The notes beneath the pieces are model-generated. The model did not search any database. It was not told where the DNA came from and saw only the letters and a list, made by a program, of their open reading frames with translations. 64,000 bases of DNA from Trichoplax adhaerens. Taxonomy: Eukaryota > Animalia > Placozoa. The stretch covers positions 1,354,832 to 1,418,831 of the forward strand of contig NW_002060943.1 of the NCBI RefSeq assembly GCF_000150275.1, read 5' to 3'. The position numbers and the translations under genes were made by a program. Positions 27,864-41,767 of the stretch are shown here, piece after piece (position 1 is the first letter of the stretch; every line of letters begins with the position of its first letter).

Positions 27864-30800
27864 ATGAATGAGCTACCCGCTACCGCTGATTACTGCGAAA
27901 TATGTAGAATTAATCATTGCTGTGGTAAGAAACATAAATACTCCAATAAGCATAAGAAAAAACTAGACATCCTATTGGAGAAATTTCAGCAACATGTAAG
28001 TTACAAATTGTAGCCTTCATTTATATGCGTATTGAAGCACCAGCTACTGCAGTATCCATTATAATGTATATATACATGCTTGCAATTTGCATTAGAAAAT
28101 GGCAACTTGATAAAAGTTTATAGGTGTGATGATTGATTCCTTCGTTCCTGTCCATGACCTGATCTGTATAACAGTGGACATATAGATTTCTAGGACTGTC
28201 TACTGTTAAATGAAATAGCATGACAAGTTGGAAAGATTGGACAGTTATTAATATTTCATGACAGCTCTGGCTTTCACTATATCAATCTAGATTACTAATC
28301 TTCAATGATTGTATGACTTGTAGATTGCAAGCATTCGAGAATTTCTGGTAAAGCCGGTAGTAGAAGATGGCGATTACCAGACCAATTTAACCTTTTGGTG
28401 CCATATTTGTAGATCGAGTGTAACTAAAAATATCACCAATGATCAAGTAACTGTTATAAATGGTGGTAGTTTGGAACATTTGGCAAGGTTAGTAATCATG
28501 AAAGCATTCAGTCTTGTACTATAGAAATTGAACGTTGCTAACAGTATTTATCTTACCTGAAATGATACGTTATCTTACAGTTCAGAACATTACAAGAATA
28601 TGCATAAGTTTTGGATTCGGCATGGCATCGACAATAATAAGAAAAAGGAGTTTTACATCTTAAAAGATGATTTCTCCAAGTAAGAACAAAGTAGCTGAGA
28701 TGTTATATCAATACGAGATATCCTACTCAAATTCCGTTATCACTTGATTTAATAGTATTCAAATACTATCGTAAATGAATAACCCAAGTTTACAGTAGAA
28801 TTAAAAAATAGCCATCATGTTCGTTATCTTATTAGCGGTCCAGCCTGTGTCATAACCTGTAATATTGCTATAGTCTAATACAGTGTAAATTCATAATAGC
28901 AGTATAAAATAATATCAGATTATACGTAGAAATCCAACTAGTCTTATCTCGATCCTCTGTAATTGTAGTACTAATTTTTAATAATGAAAACTGTAACAGA
29001 TTTTAATTCGTACAGTGTGTATGCAAGAAAGATTTTAAAAATATCAAGATCTCGTAGATGTCTTTGATATCTTAAATGAATCATGAGTAGCTCATCGTCA
29101 GGCATTGTTACTATAGCTTTAATCGTCTGACCTTAATTTCATTAGTGGACTGTTTATGTCATTAATCAACTTATTAAATTTAAGGTATAAAGTCACACTA
29201 GATCAGGTATTGGGGCAAATGTTCGATAAACGAGAAGAAGATACCCTCAAGGTAGACCATATGATTAATGCATAAGAAGAACGAATGCCTGTACCATTAG
29301 TAGATAGTTTACTAGAATAGAGTAATAGGACGTTTCTTTATTTTGCAATTGTAGCTGGCTCAGGAAATCAAGCAACAGGAGCAAAACAGGACTAGTATAA
29401 GCAAGGTGCGATATGAAATCAAAAAGACGAAATCCTAAAGTCGCTTATACTGCTAGTATCCTAAAATCAAACCGCCTTACATTACAGACGGTCACTATTA
29501 TTAGCCCCTTAATGATGTACTTTATCAATTTATCTTCAAAAACTATTCCTGAATTTGATTTAGCTTCATCAAGATGTACAACATCACGCTGTTACGTATA
29601 CTACGGTCACTAGCTCTCTTGGTATTTTACAAAATCCGACCGGATGGTTAGACTGCTATTATTGAGATAATAGCACCTGTATTCTATTATTCGTATTATA
29701 GCAACAATTCTGTGTTAAACACACCTTATTAATTAACTGAATAATATTTTATGTAGGCATGATGGCACTCGAGTTTGGGGTGGTGGCATTGTAAAATACA
29801 GGTTATTTAAGCGTATTCTACTTACCAATAATCCATAATACGTATTCAATGAAAGCCTTCAGTGCATGAGCCTCAGTGGTAAAGGAATGATTTTTAAATT
29901 ATTACATTATATCTTTCAGCCGGCAATCTGATCAGTGGTTTCCTTGGCCAATTGATCTTGACGAAGAATCATGTTAGTTAAATGTTGTAATTTTCTTTAT
30001 GTTAATTCTAACCATAATTCTGCTAACATTTCTTACATTGAACAAACTATACTGTACAATGGTCTTGCAAAGCAACAATAAAGTTAAATATATCTTGTAA
30101 ATTTTAAATAGGTAAAGTTCCCGTTCCGATTGTAAGTGCCAGAAAGTATATACTTTGCTGCTATTGAGCTTCCGTCTTCATATCATTTTGTAAGCTTTTA
30201 ATTCTGTAAATTTTTACAAAATTCAAACTTGGCCATACAAATAGGACGATGAAAATGAAGGCAATATTCTATCTGGTAAGCAATGGTAAAGTTTACAATT
30301 AAATGCGATATTAGAATCATTGTGAGCTTCTAAATGTCTTCGTTGATCTGTATGGTTGTATTTTATAGGAGCTACACCCCCTTGGTTGCTACCGGATGAG
30401 GTGTGACAAGACAAAAATTTATTTAATCATGTCAATAACTTAAGATTTCAAAACAGAGCGATCTTAAGTGATCTTAATGTCAATTTTCTTTTGTGAGAAG
30501 GATCAAAAACAAGAAATTGGCCCTTCTCAAGAAGCCTTCCAACAGCAAGGTATGGTGTGTTTCTTGCCGAAGTACCTTACCTAGACTATGATTGCAACAG
30601 TAACTGAAAGCAATTTCTGCTATATATCATTGTAACAGTAGCAAACGAGGAGGCTAAAAGAAAAAACCCTAAAAGAATAGGAGCTAACTATGATAGAACA
30701 ACGACCATTAATGAAAACTGGTAAGTTTTATTTTGTTGCTGTGAGAAACTTGCATAGAAATAAGACTAGATTTTCACTTTGTAATTATTCGGTGTATAGG

Positions 30801-30878
30801 CTTCCACTGTTTGGACAGGTATGGAATTCTGGCCCTCGTTCTCATTCGCGACATGACTTTAAGCATCGCAGAAGGTGA
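27864..30878 (+). CDS. CENATAC: Centrosomal AT-AC splicing factor (CCDC84) homologue, ~328 aa, 14 coding exons
   Basis: Exons 27864-27995, 28324-28487, 28581-28679, 29185-29251, 29355-29405, 29564-29646, 29757-29801, 29920-29972, 30112-30131, 30245-30275, 30369-30400, 30501-30549, 30639-30720, 30800-30878 give one open frame. Two N-terminal zinc fingers (CEIC..H.YS.KH; FWCHIC...LEHLASSEH..NMHKFW) and C-terminal motifs GNILSGATPPWL, IGPS, PKRIGANY and WLPLFGQVWNSGPR match the CCDC84 family. Confidence 0.92.
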
Positions 30879-31551
30879 AACTCGTTAAGTTTTATTAATC
30901 AAACTTTACAGCACGATTAAAATGTTTGCTGAAGCAACTTGCTGTGGTTTAATTGTTCAATTCTATTGGTGTCTTGGGATTAGAAACTAATAATTCCATA
31001 ATTTATTTATATTAATAACTTAATTAAATATTTGTACATAATGTGATATATTGTTTTATTTGTCGTAATAAAAAGGTTGTAGGTATTTATTACCGTATTG
31101 TTACAAAAGTAGACTAATTAGATCAAACTAATAGTAGTTCAATATAAATTAGGGAATATGTTAAATTGCGATTAAAACTTCATTTACACGATAAAAAAAA
31201 GTAACTACAAGTGTATAAGCAATACCGTAAGGCATTTCTTGTCTTAGCTGACGTTTTTAATACATCAGTTCATCGAAAAAAATTATAAAAAATTTAATGT
31301 CCATACCTAGATATATTCGTATATATATTTATATATATACATTAAACAGAACAAACACAAAATTAGTGCTAATGAGCATTTGTATATAAATAACTTCTTG
31401 GCTATCAAAAAATAGCCTATATACATCTTTCAAAAGTAAATATAAAAGTTTAAATTTTTTGAAATTGAATTAAATTTTTTGGAAGAATAATTAGTAATTA
31501 TATTTGTATCACTTCAACACATAATCTGCACTAAGTTCTATATTTGTATGA

Positions 31552-34500
31552 TTATTTGCTGCCAAGGGAAGATATCGATTCGAAAAAGAACTTCAATAAT
31601 ATATCAGCCTAAGAAATGCGATATACGTAAAAATAGTTACTGTTATTGAGTAGTTAATAGGCCAGAGACAGATAATACTGCTCTACGCAGATTGAATTTG
31701 CTATTAAATCCTAGTTATGTAAATTGTGTCTTAAATAAATTTCAAGAATAACCTCTTTTTCCGCCTTAGCCATGAAAATTTCTTTCTCGTGCTTCTTAAT
31801 AATTGAATTTTGATCAAATCTGTACATATAAAAGAGTCATTAACTGCTTTTATTTCGTCATAAATTTCTATTTAATTGATTTGTATCTGCTAGAACTAAT
31901 ATACCTCTCGCAAATTTGATTGCGAAGGCTCTATTTATTACAATCTCGTACAATACCTTTCTATGATGCTATCGAAGCATGAGATAGCATTATCCCTTTC
32001 TGCTGCCATGATTAGACATGGAGCTTGTGTTAAAAGTCCCACCTGTAGAATAGAACGATCTGACTTAGCGATTAACATCGATAAAAAGTTTTAAAATTAA
32101 CTACTAATGACAAAGGAACTTCATGATGAGAGTAAGTCTATTCCAATTTACTAACAGTAATGTCGATAATTGATCGATTCAAGGATTTTGAAAGGAAAAG
32201 TGTAAATGATATCATAAAAATATCGAACCTTTTGTCCAGAATTTTGCGATTTATGATCTATGATCATGTGGAAAAATTGTGCGTGATCCACGGTAAGCCA
32301 GATCATTCGCATGGCTTTTACTTCAAAATTAGCCGACTTGAGGATGTCCAATATTTGTAGGAAAGCAAATTTTGATAATTTTTGAAGTAATGGTGGAGCC
32401 AGAAGTATGCATGTTATTTGTCGTAGGGATAGCTAAGAATGAATAAAGAAATAGACCCAAAATAGATTATAGCATGTATAGCTGATTTATTATCGTAAAC
32501 TTAGATCTAATCCAAATAGTAAAAAATTGACCAAATTATCATCTAAAATTAAAGCGGAACTGAAAGCAAAACAATACTCACTGATGATAAATTTGACGAT
32601 TGCAGTAAAGATTTTGATTGAGCTTTCGCTTGCATTTTTTGAAGATGGCGACGTTGCTTATATGATTCTACTGTCGCATCTACTGCTCGGCAGATAATCT
32701 ATATATAAATAGGGTGGCCAGTTTTTAAATATATGGAGATTACCTTATTTGAATAATTTTATTTACCTTTAAAGGCAAAGTATAATGTGGCAGGATATCA
32801 TGACATATTGTATATATAACGTTACATTTTAACTGGGTATATAAGGGGAGTTAGTAGCTATATTCAATATAGACTAGCTACCTAATCGCTAAACCTAAGG
32901 TACAGCAGTCATAAATCGTGAATTTAAATAAGTTAAACACAGGAAATTAAAAGGGCAAATAGAAGCAATATATTCCATGGCTCCATTTACATTTTATCGG
33001 ATAAATAGCGGATGCAAAGTTTCATCTAATAGGGAATTTCAATCCAATATAACTACTAGATCTTTAGTACAATAATGTGTAGTTGTTGTAAGGGTTAAGT
33101 TTAATAAAATTTTGTTGAAAGAGACTTAATGGCTAGGCTAAGGTAAGAGTACACATAAATCGGAATTTTTAGCTACTAGAGCTAAGTGACAGTGGTTATA
33201 ACCTATGCATGTAATGGAAATATTACTACGAAGTATAATTACTACGCTGAAGCATAAGAACATCTGATACGGAATTCCTAGCTGCCAAGTCTAAAGTTTA
33301 CTATATATAACCTCTAAATTGATTAAATATCTGATGCGGAATTTCTAGCAGTTAGGTCTAAGGTATACTATATATAACCTCTAAATTTCAAGAAAATATT
33401 GTTGATGATGTATACAATATATCAAATAATGCGATGAATAAAATCAAAAAACATAGACGCGGGATGAAAAGTAAATTTACGACTTAAAGTATCACGTTGC
33501 GATCTCATTCACGATTATCATTAATAATTATCTCAAAATAAGGATTAATCATTGAGTTTATTACTACATTGGAATAAATTAAAAAAATGAAAATTTCTAT
33601 TTATGCCCATAACTGTTTTATTATATCGATAGAGTATTAGTTATGCAATGGAAGAACTCTGTAATTTAAATTTTAGCTCATAATTATACCTGCTCATACT
33701 GTAAATACGGATTAAATGGACAGCATAATCCTTCTGGAAAGAGCAACTTGACATCTTGTATTGCCTGCATATAGGATGTTGAGCCTGTAATATCAAAATC
33801 CGTTGTTAATTTCGTATTTTAAATTATAACCGATCAAGATATAATCTCAATAATCTCCTATTTACAGTATAGGCCGTTATGGATGATATTTTGACCATAT
33901 TGAGAACGCCAGCTAAATCCATCCAATTTTCGAGCTTCATCAGGATTTTCCGGACCAGCCAAATCTAATAATTTCTTAACGGCATTAACACGCTGTAAGC
34001 ACAGGACTATCGACGGACCAGCGGTTAGATGATCGATCTAGTATCAGTTACAAGCATTACACAGATTTAAAGACAACTCAGATATCATATCAGACTATTC
34101 TGGAATATGATAGAAAAAATTCATGGCTTCTATAGGAAAATACTTGAAAAATAAACTCTGCACTAGAATAAGTAAAACTAACATGTTCTTCCTTCCTTGG
34201 AAGATCTGTTGCCACCAATTTAATTGCAGTATCATGAGTAAGAACGCATTGCTTTAAACCAACTATTCGGAAAGACTTTTGAACGATTTGTCTTAAAATT
34301 TTATTAACTTTATGGAAAGCATCAGGTTTAATGACCAGGATAGTTACAATACTAATGGGTTGAAGGAATATCTTTTCCAGAAATTTAACTATAATATAAA
34401 AATAAATTAAATTTGTGTTCATTACTACTCTAGCTTACTTACACACACACACTTAAGCGAAATTATAGATAATTGCTATTAAATAGTAATTTTGGCATCC

Positions 34501-37500
34501 TTTAGGCTGGCAATTCACATTCAATAACACTTAGCAATATGCTAACTGTCTATGATAAGGACATGTTAGATTTCGATCAAGAATCAGTTTTACGAAAATC
34601 GTTAAAAAATTATGGAGTAATATATACTTCGAGCGCAACTTAATTATCAAATGCAAGAAAATGAATTTAAACGGATGGCTAAGGTTAAAAATGAGAAAAT
34701 TGGATTATAAAAGGCACTAGCTTACCTTTACTGAATTCGGTCGAGGCTGGAGCTTTCTTGCTACGATTTTTTCTCTTTTTACTAGTATTTGCTTCTCTCC
34801 AATCATCATCAGAATCCTCCTCTATCCATTCATATTCCTCATCCAAAGTACTGGGGATATAAGGTAAAATTGTACGAAGACTGTCGTTGACTGCTAATTC
34901 ACGATTACGAAAGATTAAGCTTGCTTGTCGATAGGCAATTTCCGGAGATTGTGAAATAAGGATAGAAAATGTAAATGTCGATGCTTGGATTTGAGCTACG
35001 TTCTTGCTTAGCAGCTGGAAAGCGTCGATAGCTGCAATGTAGTATACAAATTAGGACAAAAACAAGATAAATATTAAGTCGTATAAGTTATTTTCACGCG
35101 GATATGGAAGCATCGTATAAGCAATTATTTCTTTTTATTGGGTTACAATATTTAAATTATATACTGCAGTCATTTTTGATCGATTCTAAAACCTGCTATA
35201 GGTAAATCATTTTCAATCTTAATGATTCTGTACAGTGAATGTAATATATGGTAATAAAGGCATGCTACTAATTTAAGAATCTTAGTGCAGCTGGATTTTA
35301 TAAAATAGTTACTTTTAAATTGATATAGAAATATTATGGCAGGTCAATTTTGAAAGTTAGGTTAGAGCATTGAATTACGTAGCAGCATTATTTTTAACTT
35401 GATAAGTCAAAATACAATGCGAAAATAATGAATCTTACTAGCTTAGAGTGTCTAAATGTCTATAAAATGATTATATCCAAGTGGATATTTTGAAGATACT
35501 ATGGGTAACTAATCAATTTGATTAGTGTAGAAGACTTGAAATGCTTAGAAATAATTATTTTTCAGGATCATTTTATAATCTGCCATAACTGATTAGTTTT
35601 CTGGTTTCGGGTTCTTTTATTGTGTAGGATAATTATTTTTAAGTCGATATTGTAAATTAATGTAAGTAAAGAACTATTTTACTAACGTAGAATGTTTCAA
35701 CTACAGGTACATTATTTTATTGTGCTTGCTTAGAACATTAAATGCTGCATTTTAAAGTACTAACCTCGGATCAAAATGGATACTGCAGGCCTACCAATCA
35801 TAGCCTGAATACTTTCTTTATAGCCAATATGGCCTACCTCAAACTGCGATAATTCACTAGCAATCACCGCTGGCAATTGAGGGATATATTTCAGCCCAAT
35901 AATCTCTAGCCGACGTTGCAAGACCGTTTCTTCTCCGACCTGATTATGAATTAATTGGGCCATAGCATCCGCACATAGCGATAGTTGCTTAATAGAGGTA
36001 AAATTAACAACAACAACTTGCTCATAATCGGGATAGGAATAAAATGGTGGAAGATTACAATTTAATAGGATTGGATTAGTAGAAGGTAAGAGGCTAAATT
36101 GTCTTGTTATCGATTTTAAATTCTCATCATGATAGGGTAGAATTTTAATTAAATCGCCAGTATTAATTTTACCATCATGGTTTTGAATCCAAGGTGTTAA
36201 ATGTCGAACAATAATTTCAATTAATTGAGAAGATTGATGAAGAGCATTTTCACGTCGTAAATGGAGAAATGTGACACTTGGCGGATAAGCGACATTGTTT
36301 TTAATTTCTCCCTTGAATTTCCAATGATCATTTGAGTAATATTTTTGCATGGATAAACTTGCAATCTGTCCATGGGTTAAACTAGTCCTATGCATATCTT
36401 GTAAAAGAAAGCCATGGCTCAAGCATAGCTTTATAATCTGAGGTAGATGATCAATAGGTATCCACGGAGACAAGATTAGCACAATACTTGTTTCAACACA
36501 AGCTGCTAACAGGAAAATATCTTGTTGACAATTTAATGTGTCAGTAAGAACTTGACCATGCTGATCCAGTGGTATTCGACCACCGAAAATTTGGCATAAT
36601 TCATCTAATGATCTCAACTTTGAATTGGTACAACTGACTAATGGACGATTACTTTGTCGTATTGGACTGCAATATAAGGCAGATAAAGATGTTGGATCCG
36701 TTCGTCGAGCTAGATTAGCATCTAATGGGCCAAGAATTTGGCGGCATTTTTCAATAGCTAAAGGTCCACGTAAGGCAATATAAAGTGTTGGCATCCATTG
36801 ATGATGACGATCTGGAGATGAAGGATCATATAATAGTCGTAGTCCACTAATATCAAAGCCTTGGCTCCAAAATTCGTAAAAAAATGCAAAATTAGTTTGT
36901 GGATTACTATATAATTCATGCTGTAGTCTTAAGATGGTCGTCTGAAATGGATATTCATACGATAATGTCGAATCTTGATAACTTTTACTATCTATAGAAT
37001 CATCTGTATCTAATGTTATCCAAAAGTAGCTATGACGATGATCTAAGCATTGCTGGATAGTCTTTGCATCAGTTTCTACTTTAATAAAACTAGATATAGA
37101 TTGATTGAGTAAAAGATGGAGACCGTCTGGTAAATGAAAATTCACTTGTTTACACTGGGCAATAACATGATTATCCTTCTTGATAATCCAAGGAAAGAGC
37201 TTGTTAAAGTTGGTTGTCGACAGATATTTATAAACACTCTGATAGAAACTTTGTCTAGAATCTCTCCTTTTACGAGTTTTACTATCATCGAGTTCTTGCT
37301 GTTGATGTCGATTTAATTTTTGGCTTGCTGATTCCGTAATAACAACATCGATAGATAATTTGCCATTTATTGTAACTTGTTGTAATCCAACAACAATAAA
37401 AGGCGGCAAAGATGCTAATTTATCAGGGTAATTGGATGTTGCTTTATTCAATAAGGACAGAAGCCATGTTAAAATCAATGAGTAGCAATGGCGTAAGCAT

Positions 37501-40500
37501 AGCCTGGAAAGGATATCGCGCCCAACCGTAGTAACTGATTTGGATTTAACAGAAATATTAGCTTCATTTAACCCAATTAAAGGTAATTTCAGGATCATGC
37601 ATATTTTTTCATTCAAGTCGAAGGGTAAAACAGTAGGAGGTTGAGCAAAGGTAACATCCTATTTGCATATATGAAAAGGTGAGTATGCATACTCTAACGA
37701 AAGAGCGAAATCAGTAATTAATTAAATTATGATATAAATATCCGTATAAATTTGTATATATATATTTTATAATATTAATCATACTGGTATTAATCGATTT
37801 TATTTCTGTGAAAGTGTTTAGTAATATTGCTGGTAAGGACTACACAGGTTTTGTTTTTTCTCTTTAGTAAATAATCATTCTTAACTATGAATGCTCTCAA
37901 TTTAGATTTTAGCCGTAGCATATAGAAGTCAGAAATGAATGACTGCGACTAAATATGAGCTCAAGATCGTTATCTTGAAGCTATAAAGCAGCAAAATATT
38001 ATCACTTATGGGCAAAATACCTGATCAAAGAGGACTGGTGTTTCTACAGCTGTTGGATGGAAACCTAACCAAGAATTTTTAGGCTTCATACTTTTAATTC
38101 TTTTAGCTAATCGTTGACGTTTAGCTTTATCTTGTTGGATGCTTTGTTTAGCATTAGTAGTCTTGGAATTTTTATTATTAACCACACTTATATCAGGCTT
38201 TAATTGGCTTTCCGCTTTATTATTTTTATCCACTAAGTCAACTTTTGATACATTAGTTCCAATCTAAAATTAATAAAACGTTTGATAACTAGATTTAGAA
38301 TTTACTTCGAAGAAATGATCAAGACATTTATTGATTTTCTTCATAATCAAAAAATTTTTGTAATTACCGATCTTGATTGCTTTGGAGCTTCGTAGGGTTT
38401 ATCCTGTGGCTTTTGAATTGTCATAGGAGTAAACTGATCAACTGCAGACATCTGATGTTGTTGGTCTTGCTGCAACTTTTTACTTTCTTGCAAGCTCGTG
38501 CTTTTGATTTTGTTGCGCAGACTGACCCATTGCTTGTTATTACTTTCCTCATCGCTTAGACTGGAATCGCTATCTTGGGAACTTTCACTGTTATATCGGA
38601 TAGAAATCATTAAGTTTATAAAATATTAGACTCTAAATTTAACGACAAATTTCAGCTTATTGATTAAAAAACCATTTCCTTTCCTATACGCTAAAATAGG
38701 GATAATTTTATAGTGCAAAAGACCTATTTTAATCTATTCTTCTTATTCTAGAGCATAACACAATTACTAGATATTGCTAGAGCCCTTTCAGCTTGCTATG
38801 GAGGAGCTTTGGATTTTTCTATGCATCAGAACTATACAACAAAATATGACTAACTTTTCATGTAACACAGCTAATCTAAGATATTAAAGTGCTTTCTTAT
38901 TTGTTGGACAGTTTCACTTTCGGAAATAATTCTTGCATACGATTTACTGTAGACTGGTAGTTTACGCATATGCAAGTATCTATCAAGAAAACTGCAAAGG
39001 ATGCAAAGCCTAGGTGAATTTTGTTTATCATTACGATAATGTCTTTATGGCAGTAATTAGTAACGTAACAAAATATTTTGGGGAGATGAAAGTCTTGAAC
39101 TGGCTCGACTAACGTACAAAGCTTTAAAATAAGCTTGGCCATGATCATTGCTATTATATAGAGTAGCCTAAATTGTTGCGTCAAAAATAAATAAAAACTT
39201 TCCTACTTATACCAGGGACTATACGACCCATAGTTATAATCACTCACTGCTAAATCATAGCTTGAGTGAATATAGGCCGAGTAGTTCCTGCTTATAATTG
39301 ATTACGAGTGTTTTCAAATGTATTAGGCATTAAAATTAAATTCGCTCTTGTCGGCGAATACCTTTGTGCTTTCATTCTGAGTGCCAGTAAACGTTTTCCA
39401 CCTGCTGATAACGAATTCTCCTCCTATAATTACAATTTATCATACATTTAATTTAAATATGATGAATTTTTCCACCCTTATACACGGATAATTATGACTA
39501 TGATTCTACAAGTTCTATACTATGAATTGCCCGAAATAAGGCAGTACTTCCATCGCTAACATAGAATTAATACATTTTGTGATAACAAGGAATCTATGAA
39601 ATAGTAATATTGAACCTGAATTTTCTCTTCCATTGCTTCTTGTCGCAAATCGAGAAAGACAGTCTGCTTATTTTCATCAGCAAGAGTAACTACTGGGTTT
39701 ATCTCGTTGGTATTCTGTAATTGTAATTTCGCAACATTATTTTCGCTCTCTTTCAGCACCTTTTCCTCTTCAGGCTGATAGGAGACAGATATGGAGCTAT
39801 CCAAGTCGTCATTACTTTTAGACGCTGAAGTTTCCGACCTAGATGGTGCTATTTCTCCGCCTTGTTGTATAGCCAATGCCGTTAATTTATCCATTAAGGA
39901 AATATTATCAGTCTCTTCTTCTCGATCGGATACTATTTGATAAAATTTTATCGATACAAACAAATTTATACGTGCAGGTTGTTGATCATTAATATTGAGA
40001 TTAAAGTGTAATATCCGATATATACAATAATTTATTGCAACTAAACTTGAAATACAGATCGAAGAACTATAGCACGATTTAGCTTTACCTTGATAGATAT
40101 CATGGGTGAATTTTTGAATCGGTCTATAAACATGTCTCTGTTCTTTCTTGCCTATTTGATTTACTATTGATTCAATATCACTTTCCTCCAAGTTAGGAAT
40201 CTGTAATACTGGACTTTGAATAGGAATAAAATGGCTATGTAACGTATTTGCTGAAATGATGCTTGAAAAGTCATTGGGTTCTAATTGTATTTCTTTCATA
40301 ATTTCTGCTGGTCTAGCCTTTTGACTACCGCTACCTTCATCATCTTGAGTATTAGAACTAAGATGACTATCGTTGAATTTCTTATTTGACTCATTATTAG
40401 GCTAATACAAGAAATATGCATAACCAATTTATAAAAATAATAATATAAAAGCAATATAAGGTACCGTATGGAGACATATATTAAACAAAAAGAATAAACA

Positions 40501-41190
40501 CGTTACCTAAATCAACTCATTTCAAATATATTTATAAAACAAAATCAAGGGATTAAAAATAACTTAATTTTCTCCGTAGTTTACCTGATCTGCTGTCAAA
40601 ATTTGTTGTTCATCATTTCCATTGAGTGGCGGCTGATTTAATAAAGTTACTTCATGATTTATATATCGATCGAATATTTGAACCTCTTCTTCGCTTCCCA
40701 CCTGTCCGAAAGATTTTTAATTAAATTTTGTCTCATTTAGTGGCAGTGTCAACAAGAGCCGTTTCATCGATCATTGATTTATCGTCGATATCTATCATGA
40801 TGTATAATAGCGCCTAATTCAAGTTAATATCGAGTCAATTTAGGTATTAACAATGACTATCGAGCATCGAATGTTTCGATCTAATTTCAATATTGGACAT
40901 TTAAGTAGTATATATCATTCGATGTAGTACTAATCCTTTCAAATGAAAGCTAATCCTATAGCTTGGATTACTAGTTTTTCTGGAGCTCAAAGTATTATAA
41001 TCATGAATCCCTGAAATGAAACGTTTGGACCGCATATAAAATTAATCATTGTGATTAGAATACTAACATCAGAAGTATCGCTGTCTATGGTGGGTAAGTT
41101 GGCTTCGATTTGATTAAATATACTTTGTAATTCTTGGCCTAAATGATTTGTTACCGTTCCTATATCTTCCTCTTCCTCACTAGAAGCCAT
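31552..41190 (-). CDS. DNAAF8: Dynein axonemal assembly factor 8 (C16orf71/DAAP1)-like protein with C-terminal NDK-like domains, ~1532 aa, 17 exons
   Basis: Exons 41190-41068, 40701-40585, 40401-40089, 39932-39616, 39423-39362, 38587-38368, 38263-38021, 37658-35765, 35031-34726, 34388-34183, 34037-33866, 33784-33690, 32698-32582, 32432-32229, 32042-31957, 31819-31753, 31608-31552 are phase-consistent. The N-terminus LQSIFNQIEANLPTIDSDTSDVGSEEEVQIFDR and the motif TVFLDLR resemble recalled C16orf71 motifs. NDK-fold motifs: TILVIKPDAF, GPSIVLCLQRVNAV, GPENPDEAR, GPLDANLARRTDPTSLSALY. Confidence 0.78.
33262..33387. repeat. Intronic tandem duplication, 2 x ~67 bp
   Basis: atctgat.cggaatt.ctagc....gtctaa.gt.tactatatataacctctaaatt at 33262 and 33329. 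Confidence 0.85.
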
Positions 41191-41382
41191 CTTTCAGCTG
41201 GTAAACTTAAACCACAATCCTTAAAATGCCCTTCCTATTTCTATCTTACGTCTAAGACATCAATTTCATTCCTATACCATGCCCACTTAATTTTAAGATT
41301 GTTTAGTATGATTATGAAATAGCCCAAGCAGTCACATAGTGCAGTACTGAAGCTATAAATTACCTCCATCTTACCGGCCATG

Positions 41383-41395
41383 GTTGCTAAGTAAC
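41383..41395. promoter_or_regulatory. RFX X-box-like site upstream of the DNAAF8-like gene
   Basis: GTTGCTAAGTAAC is an imperfect palindrome matching GTTRCY-N-RGYAAC, about 190 bp 5' of the ATG of a motile-cilia gene. Confidence 0.6.
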
Positions 41396-41767
41396 GCCGA
41401 TTAGATAGAGGTTGGACACACCCTCGCCTTAGCTGAGTTAAATTGATAGAATAAACTTATAATGAATCATATCATAAAATAGCAGCTATCCTTTCTGATA
41501 TTAAGCTGCAGTAACAGGTAGACTTTGTGGTTAATCGGTAAGATTTAAGACTAATAACTACATTATAAAACTGCTGATGACCGGATTGTATCGTCTCTCA
41601 AGTTGAGAGAGGTTAAAAGAATTACTTACAATACTATTATAGTGTCATTATGAATATGGCATGGCTAACATCAAGCTATAGCTAGAGGTGGAAGAAACAT
41701 GATTTAGTTTAATCCATCACTAGTAAATGGAGCTATGGATAGAATGATCACCAGGCTATATTATGAG

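Noticed and set aside
28052-28060. GTATCCATT in CENATAC intron 1 as an alternative U12 donor
   Set aside because: Mismatch in the consensus core, and no TCCTTRAC branch point before the acceptor.
37505-37516. Perfect U12-type 5' splice site ATATCCTTT on the - strand
   Set aside because: It lies inside a long open coding exon (R-D-I-L-S), and I found no matching branch point or AC acceptor.
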